Below are positions 17,219-26,055 of a stretch of DNA of 32,000 nt, in pieces. The translations under genes and the position numbers were made by a program. Positions within the stretch are counted from its first letter, which is position 1. Every line of letters starts with the position of its first letter. The notes under the pieces were generated by a model that did no database searches, was not told the origin of the DNA, and was given only the letters and a program-made list of their open reading frames with translations. This DNA is from Alkanindiges sp. WGS2144. GTDB taxonomy: Bacteria > Pseudomonadota > Gammaproteobacteria > Pseudomonadales > Moraxellaceae. The DNA is taken from assembly GCF_043950625.1 (NCBI RefSeq), contig NZ_CP171007.1. One strand, given 5' to 3'.

Positions 17219-18931
17219 ATGAGTAGTAGTAGGCTTGGAAGGGGTATTCTTAGTCAGATCAGTAGTATCATTATTGGCTCGCTGATTATGCGCTACTTTG
17301 TCTGGATAGTGGCTATTTTATATACTTTTATTAGCCTAGTATCCTGGTCTTATAGCGAAAATATTCTTAACCTGTTTTTTTCAACCAGCAGCCGGCACCG
17401 ATTAACGCTGGTCTGTCTGTTGTTGAGCCTTTTAGGCCTTTATGATGTCCTGCAAAAAAAGCATACTTTATTGCGTGCTTATCCGGTTATTGGACATTTA
17501 CGCTATATCTTTGAGATATTCCGGCCTGAATTGCGCCAGTATTTTTTTGAAGGCGAACATGATTATTTGCCGTTCTCACGTGCCCAGCGTAGCCTGATTT
17601 ATCAGCGTGCCAAGCAGCAAAGTTCTGAAAAAGCCTTTGGCACCCTGCTTGATGTGTATGAACCGGATTATGAGTTTATTAGTCATTCGGTAAAGCCGGT
17701 ACCACGTGCCGACCCGGACAGTTTTCGGGTACTCATTGGCAATGAGCAATGCAGGCAGCCCTATTCTGCGTCAATTTTTAATATCTCTGCCATGAGCTTT
17801 GGAAGTTTAAGTGCCAATGCCATTCGAGCCTTGAACAAGGGTGCCAGAATGGGCAATTTTTCCCATGATACCGGTGAAGGCAGCATTAGTCCCTATCATC
17901 TGGAGTTTGGTGGTGATCTGGTATGGGAGCTGGGCAGTGCCTATTTTGGCTGCCGGGATGGTTTTGGCCAGTTTGATCCTGAAAAATTTGCAAGGCAAGC
18001 GGCACTCCCAAATGTCAAAATGATTGAAATCAAACTTAGTCAGGGTGCAAAGCCAGGGCACGGTGGTATTTTACCCAAGGAAAAAATTACCCCACAAATT
18101 GCAGCAGTGCGTGGTATACCCATGACGGAGGATTGTGTTTCCCCAGCGGGTCATTCGACCTTTTCCAATCCGCTAGAGTTGATGGGTTTTATTCAGCGTT
18201 TACGTGAGTTAAGTGATGGTAAGCCGGTTGGCTTCAAGCTGTGTATTGGTCAGCCTTGGGAGTTTATGGGTATTGTTAAGGCCATGCTGGAAACAGGAGT
18301 AGTTCCGGATTTTATTGTGGTTGATGGCGCAGAGGGAGGTACGGGGGCAGCCCCGATGGAGTTTGCCAACCATATTGGAGCGCCAATGCGTGAAGGTTTG
18401 CTGTTTGTGCATAATACACTGGTTGGGGTGAATCTACGCGACAAAATCAAGATTGGTGCGGCCGGTAAAATTGTGAGTGCTTTTGATATTATCAGGGCAT
18501 TTGCTTTGGGCGCAGATTGGGTCAATGCCGGGCGTGGTTTTATGTTTGCGCTGGGTTGTATACAGTCGTTAAGCTGCAATACCAATAAATGCCCAACCGG
18601 TATTGCTACACAAAGTGAATCCCGGCAAAAGGCGCTGGTGGTGCCTGATAAAGCTGAGCGTGTGTTTCATTTTCACCGTAACACCCTGCATGCGTTGTCT
18701 GAAATGATTGCATCCGCGGGTCTAAGCCATCCTGATGAAATAGAAGCACATCATGTGGTTAGACGTTTTTCGGCTACTGAAATCAAAACCTATGCACAAA
18801 CCCTGTTTTTCCTGCCGCCCGGTGAGTTGCTAAAGCCAGAGATCGACAGTCACTTTTATCGTGAAAGTTGGAATGCAGCAAGCAGCAAAACTTTTGTACG
18901 TGGTGCAGCCAGCGAGGCTTTGCCTATGTGA
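17219..18931 (+). CDS. Membrane-anchored FMN-binding glutamate-synthase-family protein (GltB FMN/TIM-barrel domain only)
   Basis: From ORF 17213..18931. I prefer ATG 17219, behind GAGGTG. The N-terminus of roughly 90 aa carries hydrophobic helices. It is followed by a GltS FMN domain with DGAEGGTGAAP and a C-x5-C-x4-C cluster (GCIQSLSCNTNKCPTGIATQ) like the GltB 3Fe-4S ligands. Confidence 0.8.
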   Translation: MSSSRLGRGILSQISSIIIGSLIMRYFVWIVAILYTFISLVSWSYSENILNLFFSTSSRHRLTLVCLLLSLLGLYDVLQKKHTLLRAYPVIGHLRYIFEIFRPELRQYFFEGEHDYLPFSRAQRSLIYQRAKQQSSEKAFGTLLDVYEPDYEFISHSVKPVPRADPDSFRVLIGNEQCRQPYSASIFNISAMSFGSLSANAIRALNKGARMGNFSHDTGEGSISPYHLEFGGDLVWELGSAYFGCRDGFGQFDPEKFARQAALPNVKMIEIKLSQGAKPGHGGILPKEKITPQIAAVRGIPMTEDCVSPAGHSTFSNPLELMGFIQRLRELSDGKPVGFKLCIGQPWEFMGIVKAMLETGVVPDFIVVDGAEGGTGAAPMEFANHIGAPMREGLLFVHNTLVGVNLRDKIKIGAAGKIVSAFDIIRAFALGADWVNAGRGFMFALGCIQSLSCNTNKCPTGIATQSESRQKALVVPDKAERVFHFHRNTLHALSEMIASAGLSHPDEIEAHHVVRRFSATEIKTYAQTLFFLPPGELLKPEIDSHFYRESWNAASSKTFVRGAASEALPM

Positions 18932-18954
18932 TAGGTAGAAGAGCGAATAAGTAT

Positions 18955-19152
18955 TTACTCACCTTCGAAGGTACGGTTTAAAGCCTGTTGCACAGCCTCG
19001 ATGCGCTGTTTGCAAATTTTGTAAGCCTGCATGGATTCTTCGATGAGCACCATCAGTTGATCAATATCCGGTTCCTGCTGTTCTTCAAGGGTAGCTGCAT
19101 TTTGTTTGAGAGTATCAAAAGCCTGCTTAAAGTTCGGTGTTGAATCAGTCAT
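18955..19152 (-). CDS. xseB: Exodeoxyribonuclease VII small subunit
   Basis: 65 aa. FKQAFDTLKQNAATLEEQQEPDIDQLMVLIEESMQAYKICKQRIEAVQQ parallels E. coli XseB [48 protein letters not shown]. It lies 43 nt downstream of xseA. Confidence 0.8.
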   Translation of the reverse strand: MTDSTPNFKQAFDTLKQNAATLEEQQEPDIDQLMVLIEESMQAYKICKQRIEAVQQALNRTFEGE

Positions 19153-19195
19153 GGTGAGTGTCCTTTAAAAGTACTGGATTGGTAGGGCGCCGGGT

Positions 19196-20470
19196 TTATT
19201 GTTTGGCAGGTTTATGGGTAATTTGCTGAACAGTTGCCAGCGCACTGCCATTCTGCATATCAATTTGAACAGTTTGCCCTTCAAGTGCATGGATTGAGCG
19301 TACAGGCTTGCCGTTTAGCCTAACAATGGCATAACCACGCTCCAGCGTATGCCGGGGGCTTTGTAAAAGCATCTCGCGCATGAGTTGTTCAGCTTGTTGC
19401 CCGGCTTGCTGGATACTTTGCTGTGCCAGAAACTGATGCTGCTGGAGCAGCTGGTTGAGCCGGTGCCCCAGCTGCGTCAGCTGGTATTTGCTATTGCTCT
19501 GGCTGAGTGCCAAAAGGCTATTCAGCTCGGCCTTAAAGGCATTAAGTTCATAATTGGCAGTGGCATAAATAGCTTCAAAGTATTCCTGCGCCTGATCTGC
19601 AACGCTGGAAATATGATTCCTGATGCCAGCAATAACCTTGCTTGGCGTATCAAATGAGCGGTGGGCAATTTCATCTAAAATGGTACGATCACGCTCGTGC
19701 CCAATACCCACCCAGATTGGTACACTGCATGTGGATAGCATGGCGGCCAGTTCATAATCATTAAGATAGGCCAGGTCGTTGACTGCACCGCCTCCACGGA
19801 TCACTACAATTAAATCCGGCGTTGTATCGTGTTTATCCAGCCAGTCCCTGAGTGCATCATGTAAAGCCTGCCGAATACTTAAAGAAGCACTAATACCCTG
19901 AAATGTCGCATGAGCATAGCTAAACTGGCAAACCTGAGATTCAGCCAGTTTTTGTGCATCTTTTTGAAAGTCGCCCAGTCCAGCGGCATTTTCCGGTGCA
20001 ATGACCAGCACCTGCTGAATATCAAACGGTGTGGGCAGGGTACGGTTAAGGTCAATTAGTTGTTCATCAATAAGCCGCTGTACAATATCCTGATATTTTT
20101 GTGCCAGATCGCCCAGCGTATAACTAGAGTCAATATCTTCAATATTTAAGGAAAAACCATATTGCGGATGAAAACTGGCTTTAACCTTGACCAATACACT
20201 CAAGTCCCGGGATAAATCTATGCCGCTTTCAGCCCTGAACTGGCTGATTAGCCTTTGTGCCTGACCCTTCCATAAGGTGGCGCGGCAGGTGGCTATAGTT
20301 TTATCGGTAGACTGGTCTTTTTCAGCCAGCTCAAAGTAATAATGACCAGCCTTGCTACTCATGGCGGTAATTTCTGCCTTAACCCACGTGCCTTCGCCAA
20401 AACCCAGTTTGATTACGGATTGAATGGCAAGCAGGTATTCACTCAGGCGGACAGTAGGCGCACTTATCAT
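19196..20470 (-). CDS. xseA: Exodeoxyribonuclease VII large subunit (divergent)
   Basis: From ORF 19196..20557, with the start moved to ATG 20470 (MISAPTVRLSEYLLAIQSVIK, compare E. coli FTVSRLNQTVRLLLE). The central VIRGGGAVNDLAYLNDYELAAMLSTCSVPIWVGIGHERDRTILDEIAHRSFDTPS matches the XseA catalytic core (RGGGS.EDL..FN....A......P..SAVGHE.D.T..D..AD.RA.TPS), and a long coiled C-terminus follows. The longer ORF would overlap the upstream gene by 59 nt. Confidence 0.85.
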   Translation of the reverse strand: MISAPTVRLSEYLLAIQSVIKLGFGEGTWVKAEITAMSSKAGHYYFELAEKDQSTDKTIATCRATLWKGQAQRLISQFRAESGIDLSRDLSVLVKVKASFHPQYGFSLNIEDIDSSYTLGDLAQKYQDIVQRLIDEQLIDLNRTLPTPFDIQQVLVIAPENAAGLGDFQKDAQKLAESQVCQFSYAHATFQGISASLSIRQALHDALRDWLDKHDTTPDLIVVIRGGGAVNDLAYLNDYELAAMLSTCSVPIWVGIGHERDRTILDEIAHRSFDTPSKVIAGIRNHISSVADQAQEYFEAIYATANYELNAFKAELNSLLALSQSNSKYQLTQLGHRLNQLLQQHQFLAQQSIQQAGQQAEQLMREMLLQSPRHTLERGYAIVRLNGKPVRSIHALEGQTVQIDMQNGSALATVQQITHKPAKQ

Positions 20471-20498
20471 TAAACTTTTTACTCTGTAAATCTGTAAG

Positions 20499-22121
20499 TT
20501 ATGGCTGTGTATTTGGGGAGCCGTTATGGTCGAGCGGCGTGCTAAGCAGTTGTGCATCTATAGAGCCCTGAGTTTCAGGAATAGATGGAGCAGGCGTAGC
20601 AGTTTCATCCGGTTCTGGCATAACAGGAGTTGCAGGTTGCGCAGGCTGACTGGCTGGGGTTGGCGGTGCAATAGGGATATTTAAGGCATTGCTGTCAAAG
20701 GCCTGCCCAACCACAACGGTCAGCATGCGATCAGGTTGAATGTATTTGTTAGTCACCCGCTGAATATCCTGAGCGCTAACCGCTGCAATTTTTTGTGGAT
20801 AGTCGGCCAGGTAGGTGTCTGGCAAGTTGTAAAAACCCATCATACCCAGATAGCCCAAAACACTCTCATTACTGGCTAGCGATAACGGATAACTGTTTAA
20901 CAGGCCTTCCTTGGTTTCAGTGAGGAGCTGTTGACCCAGTGGCTGGTTAAGAAAGCTGGACAGGGTTTGCTTGGCAACTTTTATACTATCAACCGCCTGA
21001 TCACCACGGGTAGAATAGCTTATAATAAATGGCCCCTTGGTTCGCATGGAGGTAAAGCCGCTATATGCGCCGTAAGTCAGTCCGCGCTTTTCCCGTAGCT
21101 CCTTCATCAGTAGGGCGTTAAAACCACTGCCTCCCAACATTTCATTGGCAACGCTGAGGGCATAACTGTCGGGATTATCACGGCTAATGCCAATTTGCCC
21201 AATTATAACGTGGGACTGGCTTGAGTTAAACGGAACAACCACTGTTTTTGCGGCGGCAAGCGGCGTAGGTTGTGGCAGGGATTGGGCTTTTTGTCCAGCA
21301 GGCAGACTTTGGCTAATCCGGTTGGCCAGTTTTTGTGCCTGATTACGATTTAACTGGCCGGTAATGGCAATGTTTAAATTATTGCTGACCAGATAAGTAT
21401 CCTTAAAACGACGAATATCCTGCGCTGTAATTTTTTTCAGGCTGGCTTCGGTACCCGTGGTGGGTTCGGCATAAGGATGCTTGCCATATAGTTCACGATA
21501 AAAGCGGATACCCACTACCGCGCCGGGAGACTCCTTGCGCTGTTGCTGACCAATGGCGGCGTTATTGATGACGCGGTCAATGCTGGCCTGCGGGAACTGA
21601 GCATCTTTTAAAATAGTCAATAACTGATCAACTGCCGGATTGAAATAAGCTGGATCGGATAGCACCCGTAAACTCACCACAAACATATCCCGGTATGAGG
21701 CAGCGCCAAATTCAGCACCCAGACGCTCAAAGCCAGCTGCAATTTGATCGGTAGTCTGGGTAGAAGTGCCTTCATCCAATAACTGTGAGGTTAAAGAAGC
21801 CAGACCATAAAGACCTTGCCCCAATTCAGTATCACGGGCAGAGCCAGCATCAAAAGTAAGGCGAATATCAATAATGGGCAACTCAGGTGCTGCCACAAAC
21901 AGGGCAGGTGTACCAGTTGTGGTCTGAAAAGACTCAACACGAGGCGTTTTTAGGCCACTTGCAGAGGCAATATTGCGTAAACTGCTGAGGCTTGCCAGTG
22001 AAGTAATCGGCGCATTGGTTTGTTCAGCCTGATGTGATTCTTCAGCAAAGGATATGCTTTGTATAGTTAGGCTTAAGCCTGCCACCATCGCCAGGCACAA
22101 ACGGGATTTAAAATTATTCAT
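20499..22121 (-). CDS. M16-family peptidase-like protein, no HxxEH motif (probable non-catalytic partner)
   Basis: 540 aa with a signal peptide (MNNFKSRLCLAMVAGLSLTIQSISFA). It has the M16 fold pattern but no HxxEH. It ends in a tail of roughly 70 aa rich in Pro/Thr/Ala/Gln. Its start overlaps the upstream M16 gene by 8 nt. Confidence 0.8.
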   Translation of the reverse strand: MNNFKSRLCLAMVAGLSLTIQSISFAEESHQAEQTNAPITSLASLSSLRNIASASGLKTPRVESFQTTTGTPALFVAAPELPIIDIRLTFDAGSARDTELGQGLYGLASLTSQLLDEGTSTQTTDQIAAGFERLGAEFGAASYRDMFVVSLRVLSDPAYFNPAVDQLLTILKDAQFPQASIDRVINNAAIGQQQRKESPGAVVGIRFYRELYGKHPYAEPTTGTEASLKKITAQDIRRFKDTYLVSNNLNIAITGQLNRNQAQKLANRISQSLPAGQKAQSLPQPTPLAAAKTVVVPFNSSQSHVIIGQIGISRDNPDSYALSVANEMLGGSGFNALLMKELREKRGLTYGAYSGFTSMRTKGPFIISYSTRGDQAVDSIKVAKQTLSSFLNQPLGQQLLTETKEGLLNSYPLSLASNESVLGYLGMMGFYNLPDTYLADYPQKIAAVSAQDIQRVTNKYIQPDRMLTVVVGQAFDSNALNIPIAPPTPASQPAQPATPVMPEPDETATPAPSIPETQGSIDAQLLSTPLDHNGSPNTQP

Positions 22122-23616
22122 TGGGCTGGCTTCCTGTGCTGGTATTGGTGGTCTGTACAGTACCTGCGGGGTTGTCTACCGTGTTGGGCACACGTAAATA
22201 CAATGTGCTTAAATTATCCTTAACCAGATACTGGCGGGCAATTTGCTGCAAGTACGGTACGGATAACTGATTGAGTTGTTGTGGAATGTTGTCAATAAGC
22301 TTATAGCTTAAATCAGCGCTTTCCAGCAGACCAATCAGTTGTGCTTGTCCGGCAATGCTGTCCTGACTATAAATCAGCTCAGCCAGATAGCTGGTTTTTA
22401 CCCGTTCCAGTTCGTCAGCCACAATCGCTTCGGTCTTTAGTTTTTCAATTTCTGCCAGAATGGCAGCCCGTGCCTGTTCCAGGCTGACACCCTGTTCAGG
22501 AATAGCAGTAATGGTAAACAGGCTACTGCCGCGATTAAACAAATCGTAATTACAACTGACTGACGCAAGAAGACGCTGCTCACGAACCAGTCGGGTTTCA
22601 AAACGGGCAGATAAGCCTCCATCTAGCACAGATTGTAATAGTGCAAGTGCATACGCTTTATTAGGGTCATCAGCGGTTTTTAGTGATTCTACATTCCAGG
22701 CCATATACAGGGCAGGAATTTTTACTGGCAGGCTCAAGTCCATTTGCCGTTCGCCAATGTTTAAAAACTCACTAACGTCGCTACGAGCTGGCGTCGCACG
22801 CTGTGGGATATCACCAAAATAGCGCCGTACTTCGTACATGGTTTTTTGCGGGTCTACATCACCAACAATAATTAACACCGCATTATTGGGTGTATACCAC
22901 TTTTGATACCATTGCTTGAGGGAATCAAGCTTGAGGCCTTGCAGGTTTTTCATATGGCCAATAGTGGGCTGGCGTAGGGAGCTGGTGGGATAGGTCATCC
23001 AGCGGAAACGTTCATAAGCCAGTGCTTTGGGATTATCATCGGTACGCTGGCGACGCTCTTCCATAATGACGCGCATTTCAGGTTCAAAGTCCTGCTGGCG
23101 TAATTGCAGGTTTTGCATGCGGTCAGCTTCCAGCTCTAATGCCAGCGGTACATATTGCGCCGGAAACAGTTCATAGTAGCCCGTGTAATTGCTTGAGGTA
23201 AATGCGTTGGTTGAGCCGCCAAATTTACTGGTAATTCTGGATAATTCCTCACCGGGTACTTTGCTGGTGCCCTTAAACATCATGTGCTCCAGAGCATGCG
23301 ACAGACCCAGTTCATCCCCGGTTTCATCAGTAGAGCCCACTTTGTACCAGATTTGCGTCATTGCTACAGGTGCCCGGTGATCCTCGCGAATAATCACCTT
23401 TAAACCGTTAGGCAGTGTTTCCTCATGGGTTTTGCTTTGATTTTGAATAAGCGCAGGCGATGGGTTTGCCGGTTTGGGCTTGGCAGCAAATGTGGTAGCA
23501 GGTAAGCATAAACCTGTTCCAATAAGTGTCAGGCTTAACAGGGAGGCTGGCCAGCGCAGTGAATCACTGGAAGTTGCTGGATGAGTCACTATGTTGTTGT
23601 GCATTGCATTGGGCAT
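22114..23616 (-). CDS. M16-family zinc metallopeptidase (pitrilysin/PqqL-like), catalytic subunit
   Basis: 500 aa with a signal-like N-terminus. The inverted zinc motif HALEH is present in GLSHALEHMMFKGT. The start could be ATG 23616 or 23604. Confidence 0.85.
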   Translation of the reverse strand: MPNAMHNNIVTHPATSSDSLRWPASLLSLTLIGTGLCLPATTFAAKPKPANPSPALIQNQSKTHEETLPNGLKVIIREDHRAPVAMTQIWYKVGSTDETGDELGLSHALEHMMFKGTSKVPGEELSRITSKFGGSTNAFTSSNYTGYYELFPAQYVPLALELEADRMQNLQLRQQDFEPEMRVIMEERRQRTDDNPKALAYERFRWMTYPTSSLRQPTIGHMKNLQGLKLDSLKQWYQKWYTPNNAVLIIVGDVDPQKTMYEVRRYFGDIPQRATPARSDVSEFLNIGERQMDLSLPVKIPALYMAWNVESLKTADDPNKAYALALLQSVLDGGLSARFETRLVREQRLLASVSCNYDLFNRGSSLFTITAIPEQGVSLEQARAAILAEIEKLKTEAIVADELERVKTSYLAELIYSQDSIAGQAQLIGLLESADLSYKLIDNIPQQLNQLSVPYLQQIARQYLVKDNLSTLYLRVPNTVDNPAGTVQTTNTSTGSQPNE

Positions 23617-23939
23617 GACTTTAACGATACGTCCTTATTTGTATAGCGGGATATTCTGGTATAGCACTGGGGCGTGTTGAGCATTGGTCTTTGCCATTAA
23701 CAGTGGTCAATGAATCACTCATTTGGCAGTGCTTAAGCATACTCAAGCTTGGTGCCGTTGGCAGCTTTTTTTAAGAAAAAAACAGCAGTGGTTTGTTATT
23801 AAACGTGAATAAAATCCATAATGTGGGCTAGTTGCTTAACAGGGCAGTGCAGCTACCCATGAAAAGCCAACACAGCTGAATGCGATATGCTAGGATACGG
23901 GGCAAGAAAATATAGTGTGATTAAGGCGCAGGAGCAAGC

Positions 23940-25103
23940 ATGCAACCTCAGCAACCAGACCAGAAAACTTTCATTATTGATTCCCAGATTGGTGATGACG
24001 ATGTCACTTTGCCCAGTTTGCCTGCTGTTGATATTCCTGTCATTGAAACACCACGTATTGCTGAACGTCAGCTAGCAAGTACCACTCAGACAGCGCATAC
24101 AAATACCGCTTTGACTGAGTCTACAGTCAGCGTTGCACCTGTTGATGCGCAAGTGACTGCCGAGCCGGTAGCAGAATCAGGTGGTTTTTTTGGCCGCATG
24201 AAAGTGGGTTTGAGCAAATCACGTAAAAGCTTTACCGAAGGCATGGTTAATATTCTGATTGGCGGTAAGGAAATTGACGATGAGTTGCTTGAAGAAGTAG
24301 AAACCCAGCTGCTGGTGGCTGATATTGGTGTAGATGCGACCCGTAGCATTATTCAAAATCTGACTGAGCGTACCGAACGCAAGGAATTGATTTATTCCAA
24401 CGCCTTATATAAGGCGCTACAGGAAGAGCTGGTGGCCTTGCTGGCACCACGGGTGAAACCGCTGCATATTGATAGCAATAAAAAGCCCTTTGTGATTTTA
24501 GTGGTTGGGGTAAACGGGGTGGGTAAAACCACTACCATTGGCAAGCTGGCCAAACGTTTACAGGGTGAAGGCAAAAAAGTGATGCTGGCTGCAGGAGATA
24601 CGTTCCGGGCGGCAGCTACCGAGCAGCTACAAATCTGGGGCGAGCGCAATAACATTTCGGTGGTGGCGCAGGGGCATGGTGCTGATAGTGCTTCTGTTAT
24701 TTTTGATGCGTTTGAAAGTGCACGTGCGCGTGGTATTGATGTGCTGATTGCCGACACTGCAGGCCGTTTGCATACCAAAAGTAACCTGATGGAAGAACTT
24801 AAAAAAGTAAAACGCGTGATGCAAAAAATTGACGCCACCGCACCACATGAGATTATGCTGGTGGTAGATGCCGGCACTGGCCAAAATGCCATTAATCAGG
24901 TACAGGAATTTGATCAGGCCGTGGGATTAACAGGGATTACCATTACCAAGCTGGATGGAACTGCCAAGGGTGGCGTGCTGTTTAATATTGCTAGTCGTAC
25001 CAATGTGCCCATTCGTTTTATTGGTGTGGGCGAGAAAATTGATGACCTGCGTCCGTTTGCGGCTAAATCTTTTGTAGCGGCTCTATTTCAAACCGATGAT
25101 TAA
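23940..25103 (+). CDS. ftsY: Signal recognition particle receptor FtsY
   Basis: 387 aa. An acidic A-domain is followed by an NG domain with GVNGVGKTTTIGKLA, DTAGRLH and TKLDGTAKGG. AGGAG lies 5 nt upstream of the ATG. Confidence 0.95.
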   Translation: MQPQQPDQKTFIIDSQIGDDDVTLPSLPAVDIPVIETPRIAERQLASTTQTAHTNTALTESTVSVAPVDAQVTAEPVAESGGFFGRMKVGLSKSRKSFTEGMVNILIGGKEIDDELLEEVETQLLVADIGVDATRSIIQNLTERTERKELIYSNALYKALQEELVALLAPRVKPLHIDSNKKPFVILVVGVNGVGKTTTIGKLAKRLQGEGKKVMLAAGDTFRAAATEQLQIWGERNNISVVAQGHGADSASVIFDAFESARARGIDVLIADTAGRLHTKSNLMEELKKVKRVMQKIDATAPHEIMLVVDAGTGQNAINQVQEFDQAVGLTGITITKLDGTAKGGVLFNIASRTNVPIRFIGVGEKIDDLRPFAAKSFVAALFQTDD

Positions 25104-25163
25104 ATGATAATTAAATAGTAGCGAAATTTGATCATCAGGTTTTAATTAAAGTTTTTTAAACAG

Positions 25164-25192
25164 GCAGGGTTCTAGATAAGCCCTGTCTTTTT
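25164..25192 (+). terminator. Weak candidate terminator after ftsY
   Basis: gCAGGG-ttctagataag-CCCTGt followed by CTTTTT. The stem is only 5-6 bp, about 60 nt after the ftsY stop. Confidence 0.3.
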
Positions 25193-25490
25193 CGCAACAT
25201 AACAAAATTTCTTAAGTGCAATTACATTGTAGACTCATGCTTTTAGTTCTTTAATCAAAATACTTCATTATAAGACTTTATTGTTAGCTCATTATTTTTT
25301 AAAAAATTATTAAGATTTAAAGAGGAAGGCTAAAATATAAAATATGTAATGACAAAGTCATTTTCTGCCACAGCAGGCATGATTCATAAATAGCCTTGTT
25401 TTTAATTAACGGACTATAGGTTTGCCGAAATTAACTAAAGCTAATGATGGGAGAAGATAACTATAAATGTAAAAAAGTTTTAAGTTCAAG

Positions 25491-25515
25491 AAAAAGCAGC
25501 TATATATTTAGCTGC
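25491..25515 (-). terminator. Rho-independent terminator of the glycine-zipper gene
   Basis: The minus strand reads GCAGCTA-aatata-TAGCTGC followed by TTTTT. It lies about 30 nt downstream of the stop at 25546. Confidence 0.6.
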
Positions 25516-25545
25516 CTTTATGAACGTTATTTGTGTTAATAACAC

Positions 25546-26055
25546 TTAGCGATAGTAGTGAGGATGGCGGTGTTTGGCTTTATAACTCACTTTTTGCCAG
25601 TTTTTATTGGCTTTGTAGCGTTTTTTATAACGTGCGTCATAGCGTGCCTGCCGTGCTTTTTCAGCTTTTTCTTCTGCCTTGTCTTTGGCAATTTTATTAC
25701 CTAGTGCTGCGCCGCCAGCCGCACCCACGGCGGCACCAATGACCCCACCGTTTTGCAGGCCTGTACTGCGGCCTACACTATAACCACCGGCTGCACCGAG
25801 CCCACCGCCAACTGCGCTCTCAGTCCGGCTACTTTTACTACTTGCCGCCGCAGAACCACCCGCTCCGCCAATTGTTGCACCAATCAGCGCACCAGATTCA
25901 CCACCCAGTTGACGGCCAACAGTAGCACCCACTACGCCGCCTAAAGCGCCAGCTGCCGCCACACGGGTGCTGTTATCAGCATACGCTGCATTACTGATAC
26001 CAATGACACTGCCTGCTGTTAGCAAGCCAGTTAATAAAATTGAGCTAAGTTTCAT
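25546..26055 (-). CDS. Secreted glycine-zipper protein with a basic C-terminal tail
   Basis: From ORF 25546..26082, with the start moved to ATG 26055 (GGAGAA 6 nt upstream). It has the signal peptide MKLSSILLTGLLTAGSVIGISNAAYA with no lipobox Cys. Repeated GxxxG/A glycine-zipper stretches follow (GALGGVVGATVG, GALIGATIGGAGG, GVIGAAVGAAGGAALG), then a K/R/Y/H-rich tail. Confidence 0.7.
   Translation of the reverse strand: MKLSSILLTGLLTAGSVIGISNAAYADNSTRVAAAGALGGVVGATVGRQLGGESGALIGATIGGAGGSAAASSKSSRTESAVGGGLGAAGGYSVGRSTGLQNGGVIGAAVGAAGGAALGNKIAKDKAEEKAEKARQARYDARYKKRYKANKNWQKVSYKAKHRHPHYYR

Noticed and set aside
20471-20557. Longer xseA reading frame starting at 20557 (MHNCLARRSTITAPQIHSHNLQIYRVKSL...)
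   Set aside because: It would overlap the upstream M16 gene by 59 nt. The extra 29 residues have no counterpart in XseA, and the alignment to the E. coli N-terminus begins at the ATG at 20470.
23766-23782. T7-aag-A7 inverted repeat in the M16/ftsY divergent spacer (and the nearby TGCTTAAGCA palindrome)
   Set aside because: These are homopolymer A/T runs and a short palindrome of low information content, with no flanking GC stem.
24392-24892. 166-aa and 85-aa ORFs antisense to ftsY
   Set aside because: They lie entirely inside a confidently identified gene. The translation is low-complexity and Ser/Ala/Cys-rich with no motifs, and there are no start signals. The open frame is explained by ftsY codon composition.
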